The notes: generated from the sequence alone by a model not told the origin. Shown: positions 12,284-25,373, numbered from the stretch's first letter. The stretch: 64,000 bases of DNA from Octopus sinensis (GCF_006345805.1 NC_043003.1:93868001-93932000), one strand, 5' to 3'. Numbers and translations are program-made.

Positions 12284-13587
12284 CTAAACTATGTCATTGT
12301 AAGAAAAAAAATTTCTAATATTCTTCAGACATATTGACGCAAATATATATATATTTTTAACCTTTAAGTCTTCTGTAGTTTTTTCACTTTATACTATTTT
12401 CTATATATTCAACCACGTGCTTTCACAAACCAACTTTCTTATCTATATATATATATATCTATCTATCTATATATATAATATATATATATATATATACACA
12501 CACACTATATTATAATATATTTAATATATTACATCATCTTATTTATAATCTTATTTATATTATACACACACACAAACACACACACATATATATATATATA
12601 ATTTTGAAATCTCTATTCTAGTTAAAGAATACTAAATCTGTACTCTACAAAAGTATGCACTAATCTTTTAGATTAATGTAAAATTCTTTTTACTATATTT
12701 CGTTTTGGGATTTGGCTTGCAGCATTCTTTATGTGAGTTTGTGTGTTGAAGCATATTCTGTTGTGTCTGGGAAGAGTCACCGGTAAAATTTCCACTTATT
12801 TCTTATTTTTAATTTCCTCCAATTTTCGTTGCGTCTTGCAACCTTTTCAATAGTCTTGATTCCGTCCGTTATTTACACTGCGTTCCGTTTTGTTTGTTTG
12901 TGCGCATGTGTGTGGGTCACTGTGTGTATGTGTGCTTATGCACGGCTTATGCTTATTGTCTTATGCTTATTGTCTTATGCTTATATACTGCATTAGGCTT
13001 ATGCTTATATACTGTATTAATACTCCTCATACTTTCTGTTGTTGCCTCTATTGAACTCATAAAGCCAAATATTGTCCTTTGTCACTTCCATTATAGCTTT
13101 GAAACAGATAACTTTTAAAACCGAACTGCAGTCTTCAAAACTTGCACTAAGAATAAGTTAAAATTACTCCTTGCTTTTATAGCAAATTTAGCATGTAGTT
13201 TATCCCGTCCCCCTCCGACTTTTAGAACATGCAATTGAAAATAAAACTGCATTATTTATGGGATGAACCAATATATATGTATATATGTGTGTGTGCGTGC
13301 ATGTGCGTGTGTGAGCGCGTGCGCGTGCGCATGTATAAAATGTTATATAAGAGAGAGAGAGAGGGAAGAAAGAGGGAGAGCGAGATAGATAGAGAGAGAA
13401 AATCAGATATAGAAGCTGACTGTTATGCATTAATGATGTCTTCACTAGGATGTGGTTCATAATTTTCTGATAGTTTGTTCACTAAGTCTTCCTCTGCCCC
13501 GCCCCCATCCAAATGAGAAGATCAACAATGCTATTTTGTTTCAGAAAGGTGTCTTGATCAACTAAATGGTATATAATACTGTCTGGT

Positions 13588-13807
13588 AAACATTCCATTT
13601 AAAACGTAAATAACAGCTAAAACTTGAAAGAAATTGCATAAATGTAGATTTTATTGGGTACTAAATACTCTTGCTGCAGCTGCGTTATATAATATCACAG
13701 AAATTGTAAATTTCTTATAATATAGTGACATAATTACGCAATGAGTAGACAATTGAGAAGGTCTATTAAAGTAGAATAGCGTCAGTGAATCACACACAAA
13801 TATATGA

Positions 13808-13808
<1 letters not shown>
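13588..13808. repeat. Left arm of a 221-bp inverted repeat (partner 15441-15661)
   Basis: About 93% identical by hand alignment to the reverse complement of 15441-15661. Both arms abut (TA)n. Confidence 0.9.
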
Positions 13809-15440
<1,632 letters not shown>

Positions 15441-15441
<1 letters not shown>

Positions 15442-15661
15442 TCATACATTTGTTTGTGATTCACAGACACTATTCTACTTTATGAGACCTTGTTAAATGT
15501 TTACTCATTGCGTAATTAAGTCACTATATTATAAGAAATTTATAATTTCTGTGATATTATATAACGCACCTGCAGCAAGATTACTTAGTACCCAATAAAA
15601 TCTACATTTATGCAATTTCTTTCAAGTTTTAGCTGTTATTTACGTTTTAAATGGAATGTTT
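15441..15661. repeat. Right arm of the 221-bp inverted repeat
   Basis: See 13588-13808. Confidence 0.9.
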
Positions 15662-16010
15662 TGATGATAATATTAATACGAATAGTTATAATTTAAATGC
15701 GATCTACGTGGGATCGACTTCTAATAAAATTAAATTAATGGTGGCTCAACACATCCATTCATTTAAGAACAAATCATTGAATAATTTTAATGGCCTTAGC
15801 AAATATATATGGGAATTGAAATCTAAAGGAATTTAGTATAATTTCAATTGGGAGATAGTTTGTAAAGCTAAATCTTATCGGATAGGAAATAATTTTTGTT
15901 TACAATGTCAAATAAATTTATGGAGATATTAATATCTAATAATAAAAAATTAATTAACACTAAGATGAGCGAAAAATTCAATGTAGACATAAGTTAAATT
16001 ACTTATATAA
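15662..16010 (+). pseudogene. Second-family PLE GIY-YIG endonuclease remnant (Naiad-like C-terminus)
   Basis: IYVGSTSNKIK...QHIHSFK...LSKYIWELKSKGI*YNFNWEIVCKAKSY...CLQC...CRHK. Confidence 0.7.
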
Positions 16011-16366
16011 TATGTTTAGCTAATTTGTGCATATATTTAAATTCTGATTTAAGTTACTAATTTTTCTAGTTATAATTTGTAGTAGTATAATGAGTATAAT
16101 TTAGCAGTTGATTATATAGTGTATATTAAATAATTAGAATAAGATTAAACCAATGTATTTATAAAATAAATAAATTGATAAATACAGATTAAGTTATTGA
16201 AATTTAGTTTATTTTATGTACTTTACATATTTTAGTTTTAAATTATTGAGAATTTAGAATTTTTCCAGTAAATGGTATATTTCATCTAGTTTATTTCTTA
16301 TTTTTACAGCTAAAATACATATTCGTATCTATTTATTCTATAGTTATTATTTACGTCATGTTTTCT

Positions 16367-16406
<40 letters not shown>

Positions 16407-16440
16407 TATATATATAATATATATATATATATTTATGTGC

Positions 16441-16660
16441 GTATGTCTTTGTGCCTATGTTTGTCCCTCGCCACTATAGCTTGATAACCGATGCTGGTGT
16501 GTCTATGTCCCCGTAACTTAGCGATTCGGCAAAAGAAACCGTTAAAATAAGCACTAGGCTTACAAAGAATAAGTCCTGGAGTCGATTTCTTCGACTAAAA
16601 AAACATTAAAGGCGGTGCTCCAGCGTGGCCGCAGTCAGATGACTGAAACAAGTAAAAGAA
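16441..16660 (+). mobile_element. SINE family C, 3' half
   Basis: CCGATGCTGGTGTGT...CCCCGTAACTTAGCG...GGCGGTGCTCCAGCGTGGCCGCAGTC...GACTGAAACAAGTAAAAGA. Confidence 0.9.
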
Positions 16661-16731
16661 TAGAAGGAAAAGAATATGTATATAAAGAGTTTGTGCTTTT
16701 GTGTTTGTGTGTGTGTGTGTGTGTATGTGTT

Positions 16732-16764
<33 letters not shown>

Positions 16765-18544
16765 GAGAGAGAAAGGGAAGTAATAACAAATCGAAAATCT
16801 ATTTAGAGATATCCAGACCACTAAAGGTAAACGCGTTGATATGCATATCAAAAGCATAAAAAAACATTACAAAAATAAACGAAAGAATACTTACAAATTT
16901 TTTCATGATCATAATGTTGATATACATCATAATTTTGCCGGTGTATATAATCAAAGAGTTGTAATAAATTTTATTTCAAGGGACATACTAAAAGTATGAT
17001 AATTTAAACAAATTAAGAGGTATATATTAAAATATATATTGAAATTGATATATATGCCAATTAAACATATGCATTTAATTTTGGCCAATATTTGTTAATA
17101 AATTATGTACATTGTTTTATTCGTTGTTGAATCGCCACACTGACATAGAAATATAGTAAGAGGATTCGTAAGATGTGTTCTCATAACTATTAATATGTTG
17201 ACTCAGGAATTTTTTCTCTGTATGGCTGCCTAATCAGCTGACGGTGCTGAGTCACTCGTCTAAGATGTGCTATGTCAGTTTGGTCAATATAGTGTTTTCG
17301 GCAACCTTTGCATGCTAAAATATGTATTAAATATCAAAATTAGCGCGGAAAATTATTTTAGATCATTGAAAATGGGCTTTTCTTTGGAATGGAACTCGGA
17401 ATCTTCTCTGAATTTTTTTCGCAAAATATGAGGAGGCGTTTGGAAAACGCTATTCGGCAAAAAAGGGGCCACTAAGCTTCAAAATTCTGTGTACTGATGC
17501 TCTAATTCTTGTTAACTGAGTGGAATATTCTTTTATGGAGAGATCTAATGAAACGGAAACATGGTTGTTACTTTCAAAAGTTAATTTTTTAAAAAGCAGA
17601 TCTGTTTAAATCTTTATTATCGTTATTCCAAAACCTTACAATTGATCGGCAGAAAGTAGCTTCAACAGACACTTCTTTTCGCACAGACGTTCATTTATTA
17701 ATCAGGTCAGGAAGAACTCCCTGAGTTTCTCTATTTGGAGGGTACAGGAAAACAAGACCTTTAAAGTAATATAGTCTATTCTCGATTCCGTGACTACTTA
17801 TATACATGGTAATGCTGAAACCGGCGTTTAATGTCAGCTTGATTTATCAAAGAAAGTCGCAATATCAAGTTGACTATAAACTGAACGATTATAACGAACT
17901 ACCAGGCATTTGCTTACATAAAAGTGTTAACTCATGCGTTATAAACCACCAGAACCAAGTTAATTAGAGAACTTGGCATTATGATAAAGCTTACATTGCC
18001 ATTCTTCCATCATTTAAGTACTTTTCTTTTCTTCTCTTTCCTCTTCCCTGCTTCTCGTTACTGCTATAATGCCTTAACCTTCACTCTCTCCCTCATCACC
18101 AATTGTCGATTCATCTATACTGATGCATAATTTCTACCTGTCTTCAAATTCGTTTTGTTTTTTTTTTCCAGATGTCGACTGACTTTACTTTCCACATTTA
18201 TATTTTTCAGAAAATCAAGTTTATTTAAAAAGAAAAAAAAGAAAAAAAGAATTTTCACACATACACGAATGTTAGTATTTTTATGTTTTTATAATCATTA
18301 TATTTTCATACGATCATTAGGAGACCTCGTAAGACCGAAAACCCGAAAACGAAATTATCTTTTTATCTATTGTAACGTCACTATTTTGGAATTTTTCTAC
18401 CACCTTCGCTTTCTCCGTTACCTTCTTGCATTATCCATTTCTCAAAGCTCTACGCCTCCTCATGCATATATTATATGTGTGCACGTGCATACGTGAGTGT
18501 GTGCGCGCGGGTCAGGATGTGGGCGTGCATTTTGAAAACGAACT

Positions 18545-18791
18545 TTTCAAGCGCACACACACTCACATACATTCACACACACGTAAACAGAAGCACGCAT
18601 GCACTCGCACACACACACACAAACAAACACACACACACACATACACACACACACACAAACAAACACACACACACACATACACACACACACACAAACAAAC
18701 ACACCACACACAAACACACACACACAAACACACACACACACACAGACACACACACACACACCACAAACAAACACACACACACACACAACAC

Positions 18792-18824
<33 letters not shown>

Positions 18825-18905
18825 AACACACACACATACACACACACACAAACAAACATACACACACACACACATGCACACACACACACGCACGCACATA
18901 CGCAC
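18545..18905. repeat. Degenerate (CA)n/(CAAA) microsatellite
   Basis: Directly visible; source of several spurious HT/CV ORFs. Confidence 0.95.
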
Positions 18906-19335
18906 ATACGCATTGATATAATTTTCCCATCGTCAATTCTTACATGACAAATCCTGCAACTTAGACTATCCTTTTTTAACATCGCAGTCTTGGCAATTTT
19001 CCCGTTACCTCCGTTTCTGTCATTCATTTTTGTAGACGTATACGCCCCTTTATCCATATGTACATATGTCGGTGTGTGTATGTGGGCGTATATCCGTACG
19101 TGTTAGTGTTATGTGTGTATGTGTGTGCTTGTGTGCGTGCGCGCGAGTGTGTAAATGTGCGCATGAGCGCATGCATTTGTGTGCATATATCTTCAGTAAT
19201 ACCATTCCACCCACTGCATTTCTATACATTTTCATATTCTAGCCCTTAGCTTACAATTCTAAACAGTAAATGTGCATTTGCAAGCCTCTGCTCTCACTCT
19301 CTCTCCCCCTCTCTCCTCCTCTCTTCCCTCTATCT

Positions 19336-19421
<86 letters not shown>

Positions 19422-19956
19422 CCTTCCCAAACACTCCTCACACCATAACCTTTTATTCTTTTATATTTTACCTTTGATATTTATATTTCTTCACTTCGTA
19501 ATAACTACTTCTGATTTATTTCTCTTTTTCTGTTTATAACTAATTTTCTACTACTATTCCTTCCATAATTTCTGTATGATTTTAATTATTCTTCTGCGTT
19601 CTTACAAAAGCTGACTTATTATTCTTGTTTTCTTATATATTCAAAATAGCAGTTTTCTTTAGGTACTTTTCATTTTCTTTTCTGAAAATAGACGTGAAAC
19701 TTTAAGTAACAAATTGAGAAAAGTTGGTTTTAGTAAATATAAAACTCTATCTTCGATATCAAGTACTACTCTTTTCTTTGTTGATTAAGCTCACGTATAG
19801 ACATACATAATACATGCATGCACACACACATACACACACACATACACACATAGATACACATATACACATAAATATATAATACATACATACATACGTGCAT
19901 ATGTGTAAGTTGTGCAAGTTGACGTGAGCGTTCGTTCATGTGAATATATGTATTCT

Positions 19957-20029
<73 letters not shown>

Positions 20030-20207
20030 TTGTCAACAAAGGTTTGTTAATATTAAATAATAACCCCCAACCATTTTAGACACGACATGAATGATTGCAA
20101 TTTGGAATACCATTGTATTCCTTTAAATATTTACGTCCTTTACAGTATCTCTTCAGGCGATTTAGAAAATTGGATTCAGGTTACATGCCATAAGCTGAAT
20201 ATAAACG

Positions 20208-20600
<393 letters not shown>

Positions 20601-21261
20601 CACATACATGCATACAAGTATACGTACATTTAATGACATAAAAGTTCATGTTAAAAGTGATACTTAAAAATAAAATCAATATACTTATTGCAAGAAATAC
20701 ATAGCATTTAATATTTTCACCGAACACGATAATATTTTCCTAAGTCAAGCGTCAATAGAAATGTATGGACACGTGATGTCTTAGGCCGCAGAACTGCAAA
20801 GAAAGTCGCATGTGAAGTTTATTGAATCTATGCACTGTGGTGCGGAAGCTAGCGATATACAAGATCAGCTGGAAAACTAAGAACTCGAGAAGAGTACTCG
20901 AGCCATCGACATAGATATTAAATATGAAATTTATAAATTTACCACTTAAGTAATTATAGGAACAAATACTTGCAATTGTTATGAAACTATTTATTTTGTC
21001 CAAAGTGAATGGCAGAGAATCTAGTAAAAGTGAAAAGAAACCAGGTTCAGAGTAATACTGACAGCTTATTTTTATTTATTGTGTCATTTCAATTTTACAG
21101 TACATACCTTTATTTTCCAGCATACAAGTCGAACTTTTCAAACCAAAATATATACCACACAAAAGTAAGGTCGAGTTATACACCGAAAGGATTGTAGGGG
21201 ACCAAAATTAACACACGAAATGCAGCCGGATTTGGAAAGATAGTGTTTGAATGTTTGAATA

Positions 21262-21356
21262 GGGGTAACACATACGCCACAGAAACCGGGAAATCGGGCC
21301 CATGAGCCTGGCTAGGCTTGAAAAGGGCGACAAAAAATGGTTATTTTATAATAGTT

Positions 21357-21407
<51 letters not shown>

Positions 21408-21476
21408 GTTATTATTAAGCAGTATTAAGTGAAATAAACAGAAGTTGAATACTTTAAATTTTGAATAAATTACTCT
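21262..21476 (+). repeat. Inverted duplication arm (SINE tail + (CAT)n + unique flank); partner 22110-22312
   Basis: Near-identical reverse complement, including the non-SINE flank. Confidence 0.9.
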
Positions 21477-22179
21477 AAATAAATTACAATTGAATAAATT
21501 AGCAAAAGACAAAATTGCTTTCTGTCTTTAAGGAAGCTGAAGAATATAAAAAAGAAGTTGTAGTACCTGATAACTATGAAGAAAACTAAGAACCAACAAA
21601 AGCTATAAAACAACTGAAATTCAAACTGAAATGGTTTACACAATATGCCGCATCAAGTTGTATGCCGGAAAATACGGTGTATGTCATATTGATTAACTGA
21701 TTGTGGTAAAATAATTCACCGCTTCAGCTCACCATTCCTGAGTATATGGAGAAATAGAGAAGTATGGGTTAAAATGTAGAAGGCAAGGGATGCTAGACCC
21801 ATGTATTTTTAATGAATTTGATATTGGAAATGAAAGTTTTAGCTGCTTGAGTCAATGAGATGACAAAGTTCTTGGCAAAAGACAAAATTTTCTATCTTAT
21901 AGCCAGTTAATTTGCATATTGTTCTTAGTTTTAAATAATTTATTGTAAGATGTTTAGTACACTGCTGGGAGTTGTGGCTGAAATATATAACTTGTGAGTA
22001 TTAAGTTAAAATCGTATAAAGCACAACCTGAATAAAGTTTTGAATTCCTTGGTTGTATGTATATGAAATAGTATTTATTCTAAGAGATACTGAAGATCAC
22101 CGCCATTTCTAAAGTAATTTATTCAAAATTTAAAGTATTCAACATATGTTTATTTCACTTAATACTGCTTAATAATAAC

Positions 22180-22218
<39 letters not shown>

Positions 22219-22237
22219 AACTATTATAAAATAACCA

Positions 22238-22537
22238 TTTTTTGTCGCCCTTTTCAAGCCTAGCCAGGCTCACGGGCCCGGTTTCCCGGTTTCTGTGGCG
22301 TATGTGTACCCCCCAGCTGGGCGGGACGCCAGTCCATCGCAGCGTTACTCAAGAAACAGGAAGAAAGAGAGAGAGTGAGAGAAAGTTGTGGCGAAAGAGT
22401 ACAACAGGGGTCGCCACCACCCCTGCCGGTGCCTCGTGGAGCTTTTAGGTGTTTTCGCTCAATAAACACACACAACGCTTGGTCTGGAAATTGAAACCGC
22501 GAGTCCGCTGCCCTAACCACTGGGCCATTGCACCTCA
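22238..22537 (-). mobile_element. SINE family A head with alternative (V-domain-like) tail
   Basis: Minus strand GAGGTGCAATGGCCCAGTGGTTAGGG...GCGATGGACTGGCGTCCCGCCCAG...CCACAGAAACCGGGAAACCGGGCCC...AAAAGGGCGACAAAAAA. Confidence 0.85.
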
Positions 22538-22544
22538 ACAATAA

Positions 22545-23212
22545 CAGTCATAGGATTACAGAAATACCTACTTATGAAGTTAGGAAAACTGATACAAATA
22601 GCCACAAAACACGAGCAAAACAAAAAAAAATTGCTTTCTGTCTTTAAGGAAGCTGAAGAATATAAAAAAAAGTAGTACCTGACAACTATGAAGAAAAATA
22701 AGAAACAACAAAAGCTGTAAAACAACTGAAATTCAAGCTGAAACTGGATCAACAGCATATCATGATAAAACGATGACAAGAAAAGCCCCTACATGGCAAA
22801 TATGAGGTTAAGCTAAACAGAAAAGAAATAGATATTGGTTGAGAAGTTCAGGACTCAAAGACTGAAGGATTTTTAATTGCAGCACAAGATCAAGATTTCC
22901 CATCAGAAATCACCAAAAACATACAACGAAAAGAAATACAATTAACTGTAGAATATCTAGTGCTGTTCTGTCCTGGCTAAGATAGAATATATTCACAGAC
23001 ATGAGATGGGACCTACATATACTGGAAGCTATGCCAACACTATGAAATGACAGAAGAAAAAAGATGTTATAGGCACACCCAAGAAAAGGTTACAGAAAAT
23101 GAGAACCCGACCGTACTCTGGGATATTTCCAATACACAAAGGTAGAGAAATCAAGGCTAATATATCGGATATGATTATCAGAGATCACCAAGAAAAATGC
23201 CTTTTAATCAAT
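22545..23212 (+). mobile_element. Decayed R4/Dong-type LINE fragment
   Basis: WLRSSGLKTEGFLIAAQDQ, IYWKLCQHY and KVTENE.PTVLWD motifs. Segment 22627-22747 is directly duplicated at 21511-21634. Confidence 0.75.
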
Positions 23213-23251
23213 CAATCAATCAATCAATCAGTAATAATAATAATAATAATC

Positions 23252-23284
<33 letters not shown>

Positions 23285-23311
23285 GTAATAATAATAATGA
23301 AAATGATAATG

Positions 23312-23360
<49 letters not shown>

Positions 23361-23362
<2 letters not shown>

Positions 23363-23916
23363 GCATTGATGCAGTACCAGACAGTGGCTCTCGTGGCTTC
23401 GGATCTTAACTGATTGGAGGTGTTATCATGTACATAGTTTTGTTTTGGTATAAAAGATGGGCTACAGCAAATATTCTGCTCAATACCATAGATTTGCTTG
23501 TCAGTTGTTTGACCATAACCAGTTGAGCATATCCCATAGTGGCTGACGATATGTGCATCTCTGATCACGAGCAGAAGTAGTGGGGGAGCATCATAGCCAT
23601 GTGTTGAGAGGGATTCTTTGGGGTTTGAATAATTCACCTCTGGAAACACGGATGTTTCGTTCAAAATCCTTAAACAACCCTTATTCATGGATCTTCTGAG
23701 CGGGATGGGTTACTCGACCAGAAGAAAATTCTAACTGGGCCCCGCCTGCAGGGTCATGCGCTGTTTATCTTGATATGAGATCACCATGTCGCGCATATAT
23801 GGTTGTGCTGCATGTGCCGCGTGTACCCTTATCAGACGGGTGGTCATGATGGGTATACTGGGCTTCGTATATTTTGCCTCAGTGTCATTTTGATGGCATT
23901 CACTGCTCTCTCACTC
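23361..23916 (+). mobile_element. Unclassified 556-bp non-coding retroposon ending in (AAT)n
   Basis: Bounded by (TAA)n on both sides; ends ...CTCTCACTC-(AAT)n. An independent, diverged, 5'-truncated copy lies at 61640-62059 (minus). Confidence 0.7.
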
Positions 23917-24040
<124 letters not shown>

Positions 24041-24403
24041 GGTGAACTGGTTCTTTTCCAGACGAAGGTCAGCGCGCTCATTGATCTCTAGTTTTGTCTC
24101 CTAGTTTTGTCTGAAAACAATAATAAATCTCTGAACGAGATATAAACAGTAACCCTTTGCAAGTAACACAAGGACACTAAGATAGTGTCTAAAGTCCTTC
24201 TGGTGACGTTGATCGCCTGGGGCTAAAAGCATCAGTAACCCCCCCCCCCAGTGGCTAGCCACATTCAGATGGCTTACGTTGTCGAGCGGTTACTGTTTAT
24301 ATCTCGTTCAGAGATTTATTATTGTTTTCAGACAGTTTTTCTACATCAGTGACAGTGGTTACTGTGAAAAACATTATATATTACTTGCGAGGGGACTCCT
24401 TCA

Positions 24404-24484
24404 TCGAAGACCGATGCTTACCATGCGTTGACGAGAGGCAATTACCTTGAAACTATAGTCCGTATGTAGTACTCAGGTCTTCGA
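24404..24484 (+). ncRNA. Type I hammerhead ribozyme, copy 1
   Basis: UCGAAGACC (24404-12) pairs with GGUCUUCGA (24476-84). Core UUGACGA 24428-34; helix II GAGG-CAAUUA-CCUU; GAAA 24449-52; helix III CUAUA/UGUAG; GUA triplet 24469-71. Confidence 0.8.
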
Positions 24485-24756
24485 GAGAGGATGACCTCCC
24501 TTTGCAAGTAACACAAGGACACTGAGATAGTGTCTAAAGTCCTTCTGGTGACGTTGATCGCCTGGGGCTAAAAGCATCAGTAACACCCCGCCCAGTGGCT
24601 AACCACATTCAGATGGCTGATACCACTTACGTTGTCGAGCGGTTACTGTTTATATCTCGTTCAGAGATTTATTATTGTTTTCAGACAGTTTTTCTACATC
24701 AGTGACAGTGGTTACTGTGAAAAACATTATATATTACTTGCGAGGGGACTCCTTCA

Positions 24757-24837
24757 TCGAAGACCGATGCTTACCATGCGTTGACGAGAGGCAATTACCT
24801 TGAAACTATAGTCCGTATGTAGTACTCAGGTCTTCGA
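24757..24837 (+). ncRNA. Type I hammerhead ribozyme, copy 2
   Basis: Identical to copy 1; GUA triplet 24822-24. Confidence 0.8.
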
Positions 24838-24991
24838 GGGAGGATGACCTCCCTTTGCAAGTAACACAAGGACACTGAAATAGTGTCTAAAGTCCTTCTG
24901 GTGACGTTGATCGCCTGGGGCTAAAAGCATCAGTAACACCCCACCCCACCCAGTGGCTAGCCACATTCAGATGGCTGATACCCCTTACGTT

Positions 24992-25139
24992 AATTATAAT
25001 AATGTCTTGCAAAAAGCAGCCTTATTGAGCACAACGCACATCTTAAGGAAAGTATTATCTGTCTGAGATCCTTGTTGTGACTTGACAGATGAGTAAAGAC
25101 TCCGGTGCATTTTTTACCTATACTGTGTTACGAAGGGAT
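24992..25139 (+). mobile_element. Extreme 3' end of an R4/Dong-type LINE
   Basis: Frame reads NYNNVLQKAALLSTTHILRKVLSV* (stop 25064-66), homologous to IQKIVLMGTAHILNKILSM* at 26.7 kb. Short 3' UTR, then (TAA)n. Confidence 0.75.
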
Positions 25140-25149
25140 AATAATAATA

Positions 25150-25190
<41 letters not shown>

Positions 25191-25233
25191 TAATAATAAT
25201 AATAATATAATAATAATAATAATAATAATAATG

Positions 25234-25270
<37 letters not shown>

Positions 25271-25275
25271 CGATG

Positions 25276-25372
<97 letters not shown>
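25140..25372. repeat. (TAA)n/(TGA) microsatellite
   Basis: Directly visible. Confidence 0.98.

Positions 25373-25373
<1 letters not shown>

Larger units (their letters stand above)
10769..12440. mobile_element. Penelope-like element insertion 1 (Neptune-like) with inverted terminal arms, in (TA)n
   Basis: Minus-strand RT thumb plus GIY-YIG endonuclease. Arms 10769-11191 and 11983-12408 are about 420-bp inverted repeats, followed by a 32-bp unique tail (12409-12440). (TA)n lies on both sides. Confidence 0.9.
24108..24991 (+). mobile_element. Candidate non-LTR retrozyme: 2.4 tandem copies of a 353-bp hammerhead-bearing monomer, with a 47-bp inverted piece at the 5' junction
   Basis: Units start at 24153, 24498 and 24851 (periods 345 and 353). 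Two HHRs have predicted cleavage sites exactly 353 nt apart. 24108-24154 is the reverse complement of 24288-24334. No coding capacity. Confidence 0.8.

Noticed and set aside
20085-20160. Minus-strand CUGAAGA...CAAA UUGCAA UC hammerhead-like string
   Set aside because: GAAA is absent and no helix I can be formed.
23544-23580. CUGACGA inside the 556-bp element
   Set aside because: No helix II followed by GAAA in this copy; the nearby GAAA in the second copy results from a deletion.
24153-24991. Reading the 353-bp array or the 18-bp repeat at 47.2 kb as CRISPR
   Set aside because: There is no constant-repeat/unique-spacer organisation and no cas genes, and the context is eukaryotic.
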